Below, piece after piece: positions 1 through 10,209 of a DNA stretch of 64,000 nucleotides (position 1 is the stretch's first letter; every line of letters begins with the position of its first letter). Below the pieces are notes generated by a model, which was given only the letters and a program-made list of their open reading frames with translations, was not told the origin of the DNA and searched no databases. The position numbers were made by a program, and so were the translations under genes. Source of the DNA: Vicinamibacterales bacterium (GTDB taxonomy: Bacteria; Acidobacteriota; Vicinamibacteria; Vicinamibacterales; UBA2999); assembly GCA_965262505.1 (NCBI GenBank), contig CBDHFM010000030.1:779244-843243 (forward strand), written 5' to 3'.

Positions 1-1458
1 CTGGAGTGCCACGTTCAGCGCGTTGATCGATTCCAGGTCGAGGTGATTGGTTGGCTCGTCGAGGACGAGCACGTTCGGGTTTTGCAGCATGATCCGGCAG
101 AAGAGCAGACGTGCCGTCTCGCCTCCCGACAGCGCCTCGGTCGGCTTGTGGCCTTCCTCGCCGCTGAAGAGCATCTGCCCGAGGAGCCCGTGGATGTCCT
201 GACGCGACGCGTCAGGATCGAATCGATGCAGCCACTCGGCCGCCGTCAGCCCCCTCTCGATTTCGCCAGCATGATCCTGCGGAAAGTAGCCGATCGACAC
301 TTCGTGCCCCCAGCGGAGCGTTCCCTCATCGAGGTTGCCGGGCGACGCTGGCATGCCGGGGGCGTCTGCGAGGAGCGCTTTGAGGAGCGTCGTCTTGCCG
401 ACGCCGTTACGCCCGATCAGCACGATCCGGTCGCCGCGGTTCACGATCGCGTCGAACCCGGAGACTATCGATGTCGGTCCGTACGCCTTGGCGAGGCCGT
501 CGCATTCGAGGGCGACCTTGCCGGACGGCCGGCGCGTCAGGAACCTGATATACGGGCGCTGGATGTTCGAGCGGGCCAGTTCGGTGGTCCGGAGCCGCTC
601 GACCTCCTTGCGTCGTGACGTGACCTGACTCGCACGCGTGCCCGCGCCGAAGCGGGAGATGAAGTCGTTGAGCTGCGCGATCTTCTTCTCGCGTTGTGCG
701 TTCCCGGCCTCGATGGTCGTCCGGATTTGGGTCTTGGCCACGACCATGTCGTCATAGCCGCCGGTATACGTGATGATCGTCTCGTAGTCGATGTCGGCGA
801 TGTGCGTGCAGATGTCGTTTAGGAAGTGCCGGTCGTGCGAGATGACGATGAGCGTGCCTTCGTAGCGGCTGAGAAACTGCTGCAGCCAGTGGATCGAGTC
901 GAGGTCCAGGTGGTTCGTCGGCTCGTCGAGCAGCAGCGCCTCGGGCTGGCCGTAGAGGGCCTGCGCCAGGAGCACCCGGACTTTCTGTCCGCCCTGCAAC
1001 TCGGCCATCGTCCGGTCGTGGAACGCATCTGGGATGTCGAGCCCCTGCAGCAACACGGCGGCGTCGCTCTCCGCCGAGTAGCCGTCCTCCTCGCCGACGA
1101 TGCCTTCGAGCTCGCCGAGGCGCATGCCGTCCTCGTTCGACATGTCGGCGCGAGCATAGAGCGCGTCTCGCTCGGCCAGCGCGGTCCAGAGCCGCTCATT
1201 GCCCATGACGACGGTGTCGATCACGCGATACTCGTCGAAGGCGTAGTGATCCTGACGCAGCACGCCGAGTTTGCGGGGACGGACGACCGTCCCGCGCTGT
1301 GGGTCGATGTCTCCCGTCAGCAGTTTCATGAAGGTGGACTTACCCGAGCCGTTCGGGCCGGTGAGCCCATAGCGACGCCCCGCCGAAAACGTCGTCGTGA
1401 CGTCCTCGAACAGGACCTTCGAGCCGTAACGCATGGACACACCACTGACAGCAATCAT
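1..1458 (-). CDS. ABC-F family ATP-binding protein (YbiT-like), runs off the left edge
   Basis: Manual translation from ATG at 1458: MIAVSGVSMRYGSKVLFEDV...GPNGSGKST (Walker A), LLLDEPTNHLD (Walker B), second cassette GRNGVGKTT. No TM helices. Absent from the ORF track because the stop lies outside the window. Confidence 0.93.
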   Translation of the reverse strand, partial: MIAVSGVSMRYGSKVLFEDVTTTFSAGRRYGLTGPNGSGKSTFMKLLTGDIDPQRGTVVRPRKLGVLRQDHYAFDEYRVIDTVVMGNERLWTALAERDALYARADMSNEDGMRLGELEGIVGEEDGYSAESDAAVLLQGLDIPDAFHDRTMAELQGGQKVRVLLAQALYGQPEALLLDEPTNHLDLDSIHWLQQFLSRYEGTLIVISHDRHFLNDICTHIADIDYETIITYTGGYDDMVVAKTQIRTTIEAGNAQREKKIAQLNDFISRFGAGTRASQVTSRRKEVERLRTTELARSNIQRPYIRFLTRRPSGKVALECDGLAKAYGPTSIVSGFDAIVNRGDRIVLIGRNGVGKTTLLKALLADAPGMPASPGNLDEGTLRWGHEVSIGYFPQDHAGEIERGLTAAEWLHRFDPDASRQDIHGLLGQMLFSGEEGHKPTEALSGGETARLLFCRIMLQNPNVLVLDEPTNHLDLESINALNVALQ

Positions 1459-1705
1459 GAGCGCGGATCCTCGAATGGGGAATTCCTGGCGCGAGTGAAT
1501 TTTCTATTCTAACAAACGCCGGCTGGGCCTTGGGCTCTGGCGAGCTTTCGTCAACTTGACTGTGAGCATGATCCCCCCTGCCTGACGGGGTCGCTCCATG
1601 ACACCGGTGGGTGCCGGTGGGTGGTGGCCTGACCCTTAACTTGACTGACCTTCGGTCCTCGCCATTGATCTGTCGGTCATCGTCCGTCGGCGAATCGTAT
1701 GGCTG

Positions 1706-2092
1706 CTAGCTGACGTGAGGCGTGCGAGATGCTGGTCGTGTATCGCAATCTCCTCGGTGAGAGCCATCCAGCGGCGGGCGAGCGCCCGGAGGGTATGCTT
1801 GGCGGACGCAGTGGGCGTGTCGAGGGGGCCCGGTCGGAGTCCGGCGCAGCGCGTGAGCAGGCCGTGATCGGTGAGGTCGTGGAGGGCTTCTCGCAGGACC
1901 GGCGAGGCGTGCACGACGATCTGCTTCAGCGTGTTCATCGCCGTGGTGCGCGCCTTCACCGCGGTATCCCGCGTGATCTTGAGCTGGCGCATCATCTCGA
2001 CGGCGCCGTCCGCGGTCTTGGGGATGGCCGTCGACTGACCCGCCAGTACGGACCGCGCGGCGACCTCCGCGTCGATGGTGTCGGACTTGATC
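1706..2092 (-). pseudogene. IS110-family transposase internal fragment
   Basis: IKSDTIDAEVAARSVLAG...AVKARTTAMNTLK resembles the IS110 K-D-x-x-D-A region; both ends are missing. Confidence 0.7.
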
Positions 2093-2536
2093 GAGGCGCT
2101 CCACGCCGACCTCGCACGCGTCACGGCCGACGCGGCCTACGACACGATCGCGTTCTACGCGGCGGCCACGGCCCGGGACGCAATCGTCGTGGTCCCTCCG
2201 AACAAGGCGGCACGGGTGTCGCGACGGAGACCACGGTCGAGCGCTCGGGATCGCACGATCCGGAAGATGAAGCAGATCGGGCGCCGTCGGTGGAAGGCGG
2301 AGGCTGGGTATTATCGGCAGGCCCGCGTGGAGAACGCCGTCTTCCGGTACAAGTCGATCATCGGGGATCGCCTTCGCGCCCGAGCTCCCGGAGGGCAACA
2401 AGCCGAGGTGCTCATCGCGTGCCACATCTTGAATCAGATGACCGACCTGGGAAGGCCAGACTCGTACGCCATCGGCCGATGAAAGTCCCCCGGGTCGGGA
2501 TCGTTCTGGGTGGGGTTCGATTCATGCGCCAACGCC
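2084..2536 (+). mobile_element. IS5-family (IS903 group) 3' remnant with terminal IR
   Basis: RVTADAAYD...RQARVENAVFRYKSIIGD...PDSYAIGR*; IR variant ttcatgcgccaacgcc at 2521-2536. Confidence 0.85.
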
Positions 2537-2639
2537 AGCTCGACCGTCAAGTCACGCGGGCAAAAAGACAGTCTCTGACACTGGGGGGCCGAGAGAGTCG
2601 TCCTCTTGCTCTTTCCGAACGACCCACTGAGCCGATCCG

Positions 2640-3260
2640 ATGCAGAATGCGAAGCCGATGCAATTCGTCGTAACCAGTAGAAGCGAAATCTGGGCGACTT
2701 CGCATGGCAACCTCTATCTCGAGTGCGAGACCGATCGCGGAACCGTTGCGTTCTGGGGAAAGACCGAAAACACAAGGAACATCGATTCGGTCGAGTCGAA
2801 GGTGCCACCTTTCAGTGTCAGCTGCGAAGTGATCGATGGTAGGTGGCCGCAGCATCGCTACTGGGTCATGGAGAGCAAGCGCCTGACATTCGGCAGGCCC
2901 ATGCCAGCCAGGTCGAAGGCCCTGCGGGTGCCCGACTTCTCGGCGGTCAGGACAAAGCCTGGTGACGTCAGCGCCGACGAACTCAATCAGTGGCGTCGAC
3001 GATTGCTGCGCTTGCTCGATCGCTTGTTCGGGGCTGGGGAGCCGCGACAGGGACCAATTAGTCGCATCACGGAACTCAAGCGCGACGGCCGGATTCCTCG
3101 AAAGACCGCCGCACTCATGATCGCCGTGACGGAAGTCCGCAATGCCTCGGAGCACCCAGGTGAGCAGCCAACTCCATCCGAAAGCCTGGCGGCGAGGAGT
3201 GCGTGGGAAGCTGTGACCGAATGGGCCATGTTACATGGCATCGATCCGAACTCACTCTAA
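2640..3260 (+). CDS. Hypothetical protein with C-terminal HEPN-like Rx4H motif (cassette-like)
   Basis: 206-aa ORF; RNASEH lies in a helical C-terminal part; an attC-like site follows 6 bp after the stop. Confidence 0.6.
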   Translation: MQNAKPMQFVVTSRSEIWATSHGNLYLECETDRGTVAFWGKTENTRNIDSVESKVPPFSVSCEVIDGRWPQHRYWVMESKRLTFGRPMPARSKALRVPDFSAVRTKPGDVSADELNQWRRRLLRLLDRLFGAGEPRQGPISRITELKRDGRIPRKTAALMIAVTEVRNASEHPGEQPTPSESLAARSAWEAVTEWAMLHGIDPNSL

Positions 3261-3266
3261 ACTGCG

Positions 3267-3338
3267 GTCTAACCTGCGCTGCAGCCGACGGCGGCCGGTG
3301 CAAGTATAGGCCGCCGCGGCTGAGCACCAGCTTTAGAC
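3267..3338 (+). other. attC-like integron recombination site with degenerate R' core
   Basis: GTCTAAC...GCGCTGCAGCCGACGGCGGCC-loop-GGCCGCCGCGGCTGAGC...TTTAGAC, 72 bp, between two co-oriented ORFs. R' reads TTTAGAC instead of GTTAGAC. Confidence 0.75.
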
Positions 3339-3350
3339 GGCTCAAACGTC

Positions 3351-4058
3351 ATGGCTAGCCAACAAGACGAAGACGAACTGCGGGTATTTCGCTCGTTCAT
3401 CGAGTGCGCTGGGCTTGACGTTGCGCCGGGCAGCATTGAGAAGCTGCAGCCGCCCGAGCCGGACATTCAGTGCCTTCTGGGCGGGAAAGGTCCCACTTGT
3501 TTCGAGCTAGTCGAAATCATCGACTCTCAGCTGGCGCGAGCGTTCGGCAATTCGCTGAAATTCCAGCAGCGCCTGTCTGATGCCGCCGCGAATGGTCAAC
3601 TTCCAGCTCTGACCGACGCCCTTCTTTCCGTGAGCTTTGTGCATACAAGCACGGCTGCGCAAAGAGGCGGCGCCATACCGACGCTGATGACAACGTTGCA
3701 GGCGCTTCCGGCCGGCTTTCACGGCGATGTCTCTCTGGACACAGACGGCGCTCTGCGTGGCGTCGTGAGAAAGATGCGGGTCACAAGAGGGGAGTTCGTC
3801 GGGCCAATCTTTCAAGTCGACGGTGCGACCTTCATCTCGGACCCCGTAATCGAACAAATCGACGGCAAGTTGAAGAAGCGGTACGCAACCAGCAGCCGTC
3901 TTGAGCTGCTAGCGTTCTACGAACTCCATCCTACTCAGCGTGCTGAGTATCAACTGCCAGCTGTTGGAGAGTTCGTCCGCAACAATCTGAATTCGTCCAA
4001 GTTCTCTCGGGTGTGGGTCTTCGATGCTGAAAACGGGGCGGTGCTCTACTGCTCCTAA
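3351..4058 (+). CDS. Hypothetical protein, possible PD-(D/E)xK-like fold (cassette-like)
   Basis: 235-aa ORF starting 12 bp after the attC; PEPDIQC...FELVEI spacing suggests a restriction-like nuclease (weak). Confidence 0.55.
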   Translation: MASQQDEDELRVFRSFIECAGLDVAPGSIEKLQPPEPDIQCLLGGKGPTCFELVEIIDSQLARAFGNSLKFQQRLSDAAANGQLPALTDALLSVSFVHTSTAAQRGGAIPTLMTTLQALPAGFHGDVSLDTDGALRGVVRKMRVTRGEFVGPIFQVDGATFISDPVIEQIDGKLKKRYATSSRLELLAFYELHPTQRAEYQLPAVGEFVRNNLNSSKFSRVWVFDAENGAVLYCS

Positions 4059-4083
4059 ATCTTCGTTTCCGTTTTTGCTATGG

Positions 4084-4186
4084 CGTTGTCGGGTCTGCTC
4101 AAGGACCTGGACATCGCCGCCGTGCCGCACGGGTTCCGGTCGTCCTTGCGCGACTGGGCGGCCGAGGAGACTAACCACTCGCGCGT
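4084..4186 (+). pseudogene. P4-like tyrosine integrase C-terminal fragment
   Basis: LSGLLKDLDIAAVPHGFRSSLRDWAAEET matches the AAVPHGFRSSFRDWAAE segment of the integrases at 47212 and 60783. Confidence 0.8.
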
Positions 4187-4223
4187 CTATGATCGCTACG
4201 ATTATGATGCCGAGAAGTGGGCT

Positions 4224-4553
4224 TGATCCGGTTTCGTGGACATCGTCCGAAAGGTGGATACGATGGCCAGAATGGGATCAAAGCAGGCAGGGAGACGAGC
4301 GCGACGACAGTTCGATGACGACTTCTGGGCCCAGGCGGTCCGTCTGGTATGTGACGAGGGCAAGACGGTCGGTGCGGCAGCCCGGGGCTTGGATCTCACG
4401 CCCTCGGTGCTGCGGCGGTGGGTGGAGCAGGCCCGGGCCGATCGCACGCGGGGACGCACGGGCGTGACGACTGTGGAACGGGAAGAGCTGGCGCGGCTCC
4501 GCAAGGAGGTCCGCGAACTCCGCGTCGAGCGAGGCATCCTAAAAAAGCCGCGG
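4224..4553 (+). mobile_element. IS3-family left end and orfA; orfB lost
   Basis: TG-starting end tgatccggtttcgtggaca; HTH orfA RRQFDDDFWAQAVRLV...EELARLRKEVRELRVERGILKK; slippery AAAAAAG at 4541-4547, then truncation. Confidence 0.8.
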
Positions 4554-5146
4554 TGGGTTCAGGTGCTCGGTGCAACGTGACGGAGGACCAAGCCCACACC
4601 CCAGGCGAATCCCGGCATGGACGAGGACCAGGTGTTTGCGGCCCTCCAGAGACCGCCTTTGACTTGGCGCGTCGATCTGACGAACGTGGACACGTCGTCC
4701 TCCAACAGCCCCTATTTTCTGGCGTATCAAGGCCGCGCAAGTGAAACTCGGGGATCGGGGGTTCCTCTCCCGAGACATCACCGTGCTCGACCTGTTGATG
4801 AACCGCAGCGATGTCCATCACGTCTACCCGCGCAACCACCTGAAGAAACAGGGTCTGGCACGGGGCCGCTACAATCAGATTGCGAATTTCGTCCTCGCCC
4901 AGAGCGAGATCAACATCGCCATCGGCGACCGGGCACCGGAGGTCTACTTCAAGGAACTCGCCGAACAGTGTGCCGGTGGAAAGAAAAAGTACGGCGGGAT
5001 CACCGATGTCGCTGAGATGCGCGTGAACCTACGGATGAGCTGTTTGCCGGAATCTCTCCTGGACGGCCCCGGACTACGACGGTTTTCTGGAGGAGCGCCG
5101 CAAACTCATGGCGCTGAAGATCAAGTCCTGGTTTGAGGCGCTCTAA
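4554..5146 (+). pseudogene. GmrSD/DUF262-DUF1524-like restriction endonuclease, C-terminal fragment with frameshifts
   Basis: Pieces across frames read [13 protein letters not shown]...[18 protein letters not shown]...[20 protein letters not shown] (HNH-like HHxxP..N motif). Confidence 0.65.
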
Positions 5147-5180
5147 TGATCGCCGACCTCCGAGTTCGTAGAGGACCAGT

Positions 5181-6794
5181 ATGCCCACCGAGTTCTTGAT
5201 TCCCGGTGCCGATGGAGACATTCGGTTCCTCATCTCCCGCGGCAGCACCATCACGTTCTGCGGGGCGAACGGCAGCGGCAAGACACGCCTCGCCGTCCAC
5301 ATCGAACAGCAACTCGGCCTCGCGGCACACAGGATCTCGGCCCACCGCGCCCTGTCCCTCAATCCACGCGTGCCCAAGATCTCCGAGAGCGAAGCCCTGA
5401 GCCGCTTAAGGACCGGTGTTAAAGACAGCGATCGCCGCGCCAATCTATTGCCGTACAGATCCGGCCGCCGCTGGGGAGACCAGGAAGCCACCGGGCTGCT
5501 CAACGACTACGACTACCTTGTGCAGGCGCTCTTCGCCGAACAGACGAACACTGCACTAGAGAGCCACAGGCGTCTTCGTGCCGGGCCTGCCGATACTGCC
5601 GAACTGACCAAGTTCGAGAAGCTGTCGGAGATCTGGGACCGTCTCCTGCCGCATCGAAAACTGGACATTGGCGGCGACGACATCACCGTCCGCACTCCGG
5701 ACAACGGCGCCACCTACACGGCCTCGGACATGAGCGACGGCGAGAGAGCTGTCTTTTACTTAGTGGGACAGACCTTGGTCGCGGGTGAGGACTCCGTTCT
5801 CGTCATCGACGAGCCGGAACTCCACCTTCACCCCTCGATCATGACGCTCCTATGGGACGAACTCGGCGCCGCGAGGCCCGATTGCGCTTTCGTGTTTATC
5901 ACGCACAGCCTCGAGTTCGCAGCTGCCAGGCCTGGCGCCAAGTACGTCGTCCGCGAGTACCAGACCGGCCCCGCGTGGACCATCGACCCAGTGCCCCACG
6001 ATACCGGTTTCAGCGAGGAGTTCACCACGCTGATACTCGGCACCCGCCGGCCGGTCCTCTTCGTCGAAGGAACCGCCTCGAGTCTCGACCGGTCGATCTA
6101 CGATGCCTGCTATCCTGACTACCTCGTCCTGCCCCTCGCATCCTGCGAGGCTGTCATCCACGCGGTCGCTTCGATGCGGACCAATGCCGCCCTGACGCGC
6201 GTCACCTGCCACGGCATCGTGGACGGCGACCACCGTTCGGCCGACGAGATTGACTACCTGCACGGACGTGGCGTTGTCGTACTCCCGGTCGCCGAATTAG
6301 AGAATATCTTTCTCCTACCGGAAGTCAGTCGCGCCATCGCGGCACACGAAGCCCATGAAGGCGACGGGCTCGACGCGCGGTTGAACGACCTCCGTCAAGC
6401 GGTCTTCGAGGGCATCACGTCGTCTGGCCAGAAACGCGCGACGGTATTGCAATACGTGACACGCCAGGTCGACCGACTGTTGAAGCGCATCGACCTCAGC
6501 GCCGCGACCAGCGTCGAGGAAATCGAGACCAGCTACGCCAATAGCGCCGGATCCCTCGCCGTAGGTGCTCTCGCCTCCCTTGCCGAGCATTAGATTGACT
6601 TGGCCATTCAGGCCGACGATCTTCCGGCCCTCCTCGTTTTCTACGAGAACAAGGGACTGCTCGCGCTGGCGGCGAATCACCTAAAGGGCACCGACCTTAG
6701 TTCCTTCAAGGCTTGGCTCGATCGAATCCTCCGCAAGGGTTCGGCACCCGAACTGACCAGGGCCATCCGCCATGCGCTGCAAGACCTACCTTGA
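5181..6794 (+). CDS. Fused AAA_21-type ATPase + DUF4435/TOPRIM-like protein with in-frame TAG at 6591-6593
   Basis: Walker A GANGSGKT, Walker B VIDEPELHLHP, TOPRIM-like LFVEG..LD and DGD. The same frame stays open after the TAG until TGA at 6792-6794. Confidence 0.75.
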
Positions 6795-6835
6795 TACACT
6801 CTCCGCTGCATCCGCGGTGCCGTCATGGTACTTAC

Positions 6836-6993
6836 CGTATGCAAGACATAGAATCCGACATGGGATACGACACACGCTGGCGCTCGTCTGACGGCGTCCT
6901 TGCCCTTCTGTCGCAAACGGCCGTTTACGACACATGCGGATCGGCTACGCCCGCGTCTCAAAGGCGGACGGCTCCCAGTCGCTGGATCTGCAG
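6836..6993 (+). repeat. res site + truncated TniR-like resolvase start, copy 1
   Basis: Palindrome TGTCGCAAACGGCCGTTTACGACA at 6909-6932, then ATG at 6934: MRIGYARVSKADGSQSLDLQ, then unrelated sequence. Confidence 0.85.
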
Positions 6994-7119
6994 AGGTGCG
7001 CCATGCGTTCGCGGAGTGTCCCGACCTCGCCGCGCAGCGGTCAAGCCCACTCGGCTTACACTTCCCTCGCCACAACAAACTCGGGCTGGTCCGACGTCAG
7101 GGAAAAGGAATAAACCGCC

Positions 7120-7431
7120 GTGCTGAATGAAATAGTGTTACTGAAAGATCTTACCGACACAGAACGCATGATGTTCCAGTCGGAGCTTGCTGGAAGACGA
7201 AAGGACCCGACCACTGGCGTCCTGCTGTCCTTGTTCTTGGGCGGCTTCGGCGCTCACCGCTTCTACCTGAGCCAGACAGGGATCGGCGTCCTGTACCTCT
7301 GCTTCTGCTGGACGTTCATTCCGGCGATCGCGGCATTGATTGAGTGCTTCCTGATGTCCGGGCGCGTTCGAAAACACAACGCGGCCATTGCTGAAGAGAT
7401 CGTCACGAAACTCAAGGCGCTCAGAGGGTGA
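7120..7431 (+). CDS. TM2-domain (NINE) membrane protein
   Basis: KDPTTGVLLSLFLGGFGAHRFYL...GVLYLCFCWTFIP is the TM2 signature. Confidence 0.85.
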   Translation: MLNEIVLLKDLTDTERMMFQSELAGRRKDPTTGVLLSLFLGGFGAHRFYLSQTGIGVLYLCFCWTFIPAIAALIECFLMSGRVRKHNAAIAEEIVTKLKALRG

Positions 7432-7618
7432 TCACAACGAGTTCCACCACGCGGCCAACGTTGCCCATCCGCTGCGGCGACAAGCACACCAGACTTCGGA
7501 ATCAGATGCGGCGTCTGTTTGGGTGCACGGTCACAGGTGCGCTCGTGCTCTCGCCGTCGCCGCCGGTAATCGCGCCGTCGCAACTCCGCCTCGTGGAACA
7601 CCTCTAGCGCTGGTAACG

Positions 7619-8779
7619 ATGGCAGCACCCACCAGACCGCCTTGTGTCATGGTCAGCTCGACCTTCTACGATCTTCGTCAGATTCGCGACGATCTTCGCC
7701 AGTTCATCGAAGGCTTGGGCTATCGGCCGCTGCTCTCTGAGCATCCTTCGTTTCCCATCGATCCTGACGCGACCACAATCGAGAACTGTCGCCGCCGAGT
7801 CGAGCAGGACGCTGATGTCCTTGTGCTTGTGATTGGTGGGCGCTACGGCAGCATCGACGCCACGCCGAACAAGTCCGTCACGAACTTAGAGTACACGTCC
7901 GCGCGCCACAAACGCATACCTATCTACGTGTTTATCGACCCGCAAGTGCTCGCGTTGTTGCCTCTATGGAAGCGGAACCAGGCTGCCGATTTCTCCGAGC
8001 AGGTGGACTCGCCACGGTTGTTCGAGTTCATCGAACACGTGCGCACGATTGACGCCGTGTGGATGAATGAGTTCAGGATCGCGTGTGACATTACCGATGC
8101 CCTGCGCACCCAGTTCGCCTACCAGCAGCAGGCCGGACTGCGACTCCAGCGGCAGGCGGTTGGTCTGGCTGATCAGGACTGGTTGGACACGCTGCACGGT
8201 GAGGCTCTGCGCGTTGCGCTCGACCGACCACCACATTGGGAATATCTTCTATTTGCTACCTCGCTGAGGGACGGTGTGGCGCGCCACCGTCGCCTTGCTC
8301 GTACTCACGCGCTGAAGATACCAATCGGTTTTGGTGAGGACGTACAAGACCCACTGGCGTGGATCAACGCCAGATTCAACGACGCGCAGCGTCTGGTAAG
8401 TACGCTGAACGACTTGATGGGTGCCATTCAAGAAGCGTTCGGACCTGTAGGTGTGTCCGGTGACACCGGCTCCATCATCTTCGTGACGGACACGATGGCC
8501 GACCTATATCGGGATGCCATCTTATGGGGGCTCCGGGTGCGGACCGCGAACGTCGATGGGCAGTTTCAGCGACTCGTGACTGCGGTCGGCGACATGATGG
8601 ATGATGTCGTACAGCAGCTCGCCCAGTTTGGACCGCACGTGAAGGCACAGCTCGAGGCGGCGATCGCCGCACCGAAGACCGGAGTGCCGGTCGAAATCAC
8701 GCTCACAATCTCATTACCAGAATCAGCAATGCGATCGTTCAACGACGAACTGGCGCGGCTCACAAGCGGGGCACAATGA
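7619..8779 (+). CDS. DUF4062-domain protein
   Basis: VMVSSTFYDLRQIR...CRRRVEQDADVLVLVIGGRYGS...SVTNLEY...IPIYVF; start taken at ATG 7619. Confidence 0.8.
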   Translation: MAAPTRPPCVMVSSTFYDLRQIRDDLRQFIEGLGYRPLLSEHPSFPIDPDATTIENCRRRVEQDADVLVLVIGGRYGSIDATPNKSVTNLEYTSARHKRIPIYVFIDPQVLALLPLWKRNQAADFSEQVDSPRLFEFIEHVRTIDAVWMNEFRIACDITDALRTQFAYQQQAGLRLQRQAVGLADQDWLDTLHGEALRVALDRPPHWEYLLFATSLRDGVARHRRLARTHALKIPIGFGEDVQDPLAWINARFNDAQRLVSTLNDLMGAIQEAFGPVGVSGDTGSIIFVTDTMADLYRDAILWGLRVRTANVDGQFQRLVTAVGDMMDDVVQQLAQFGPHVKAQLEAAIAAPKTGVPVEITLTISLPESAMRSFNDELARLTSGAQ

Positions 8780-8850
8780 GGCCCAAAGAAGGCTCGGTAG
8801 CGCGTTGTCCGGGGCGTGACACGGGGGCTGCGCGACGGTCCGTGTACGAG

Positions 8851-8999
8851 GCGCGGTCTCGCGCGCGGGTACGGCGGCGCTGGCCGGACGGCGTCCTCGT
8901 CAGTGTGTCGCAAACGACCGTTTACGACACATGCTGATCAGCTACGCCCGCGTCTCGAAGGCGGACGGCTCCCAGTCGCTGGACCTGCAGCGCGACGCG
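8851..8999 (+). repeat. res site + truncated TniR-like start, copy 2
   Basis: Palindrome at 8906-8929; ATG 8931 MLISYARVSKADGSQSLDLQRDA. Confidence 0.85.
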
Positions 9000-9042
9000 C
9001 ACGCTCCAGAGGCCGGCGCCGCCGTGGACACGCCCGGGCCCT

Positions 9043-10209
9043 CTATGTGAGCGCCTGCTCGAGATCGGCGACGAGATCGTCGGCGCCCTCGAGCCCGACC
9101 GACAGGCGCAGCATCCCGCGGGTCACACCCGCCTCGGCCAGGCGTTCATCGCTGAGGCCGTAGTGCGACGTGAGGACCGGCAGGCTGCAGAGGCTCTCGG
9201 TGCCGCCGAGGCTCGTGGCGCGCTGGAACACCTGCAGGCGGTCGAACGCGCGGCAGGCGGCCTCGTAGCCGCCCGTCAGGTCGACGCAGATCATCCCGCC
9301 GAATCCGCTCATTTGGCCCCGCGCGATCTCGTGGTCGGGGTGCGACGGCAGCCCCGGGTAGGAGACCGCGGTGACGCCATCGCGACCGGCCAGCCACTCG
9401 GCGAGGCGCATCGCGTTGGCATTGTGCCGCTCGATGCGCACCGCTAGCGTCTTCAGCCCGCGGGCGAGCGCGGACGCGGGCCTCGGGTCGAGGATGCCGC
9501 CGAAGACCCTCCGCGTGCCCTCCAGCGGGCCGATGAGCGCGCGCGGGCCGAGGAGGGCGCCGGCGACGACGTCGTGGTGCCCGTTGAGGAACTTCGTGGC
9601 CGAGTGCATGACGAGGTCCACGCCCAGCGCGAGGGGCTGCTGGTTGAGGGGCGTCGCAAACGTGTTGTCGATGACCGACAGGACGCCGCGTGCGCGGCAG
9701 GCGTCTGCGACCTGGCGGATGTCCACGCAGCGGAGCGTCGGGTTCGCCGGCGACTCGAACCACACGAGTTTCGTGGCGGGGCCGATCGCCCGGCTGACGT
9801 CGGCCAGCTCGTCACGTGAGAGGACGCGGGCGGTGATACCGAACCGGCGGAGTTCGCCCGTGATCAAGTGCAGCGTGCCGCCGTAGAGCGCGGCGCCGCA
9901 GAGGACTTCGTCGCCCGGGGAGAGCAGGCCGAACAGGGCCGTCGTTGCCGCAGCCATGCCCGACGACGTGACGAGCCCGGCCTCGGCGCCTTCAAGCGCC
10001 GCCAGTTTCTCTTCGACGGCTTCCACGGACGGGTTGCCCCAGCGTGCATACAGATAGTGTCGGGTCTCCCCACGCTGATAGGCTTCGACCGCGGCCGCGT
10101 TCGTGAACACGAATGTGCTCGACGTGTAGATGGGCCGGCCGAGCGGCGTCGCGCCGTCGGGCACGCCCTCACCCAGGTGCAGCACGTCGGTGTCTCGCGA
10201 TCGCGCCAT
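9043..10209 (-). CDS. PLP-dependent Cys/Met metabolism enzyme (cystathionine gamma-synthase/lyase family), copy 1
   Basis: YARWGNPS, ESPANP, DNTFATP, HSATKFLNGH (PLP lysine), SLGGTESL, LRLSVGLE; start at ATG 10209. Confidence 0.92.
   Translation of the reverse strand: MARSRDTDVLHLGEGVPDGATPLGRPIYTSSTFVFTNAAAVEAYQRGETRHYLYARWGNPSVEAVEEKLAALEGAEAGLVTSSGMAAATTALFGLLSPGDEVLCGAALYGGTLHLITGELRRFGITARVLSRDELADVSRAIGPATKLVWFESPANPTLRCVDIRQVADACRARGVLSVIDNTFATPLNQQPLALGVDLVMHSATKFLNGHHDVVAGALLGPRALIGPLEGTRRVFGGILDPRPASALARGLKTLAVRIERHNANAMRLAEWLAGRDGVTAVSYPGLPSHPDHEIARGQMSGFGGMICVDLTGGYEAACRAFDRLQVFQRATSLGGTESLCSLPVLTSHYGLSDERLAEAGVTRGMLRLSVGLEGADDLVADLEQALT

Noticed and set aside
2505-2530. GGTTCGA T-loop-like motifs here and at about 42564 (reverse strand) as tRNA genes
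   Set aside because: No cloverleaf; the first lies within an IS end.
6591-6593. In-frame TAG or TAA (also 49336) as recoding, e.g. pyrrolysine
   Set aside because: No pyl genes or suppressor tRNA are visible, and pseudogenisation is widespread here, so point mutation is simpler.
7453-7530. Possible attC after the TM2 gene (GGCCAAC gttgcccatccgctgcggcg...)
   Set aside because: The inverse core is imperfect and no GTTRRRY core follows; at most a decayed remnant.
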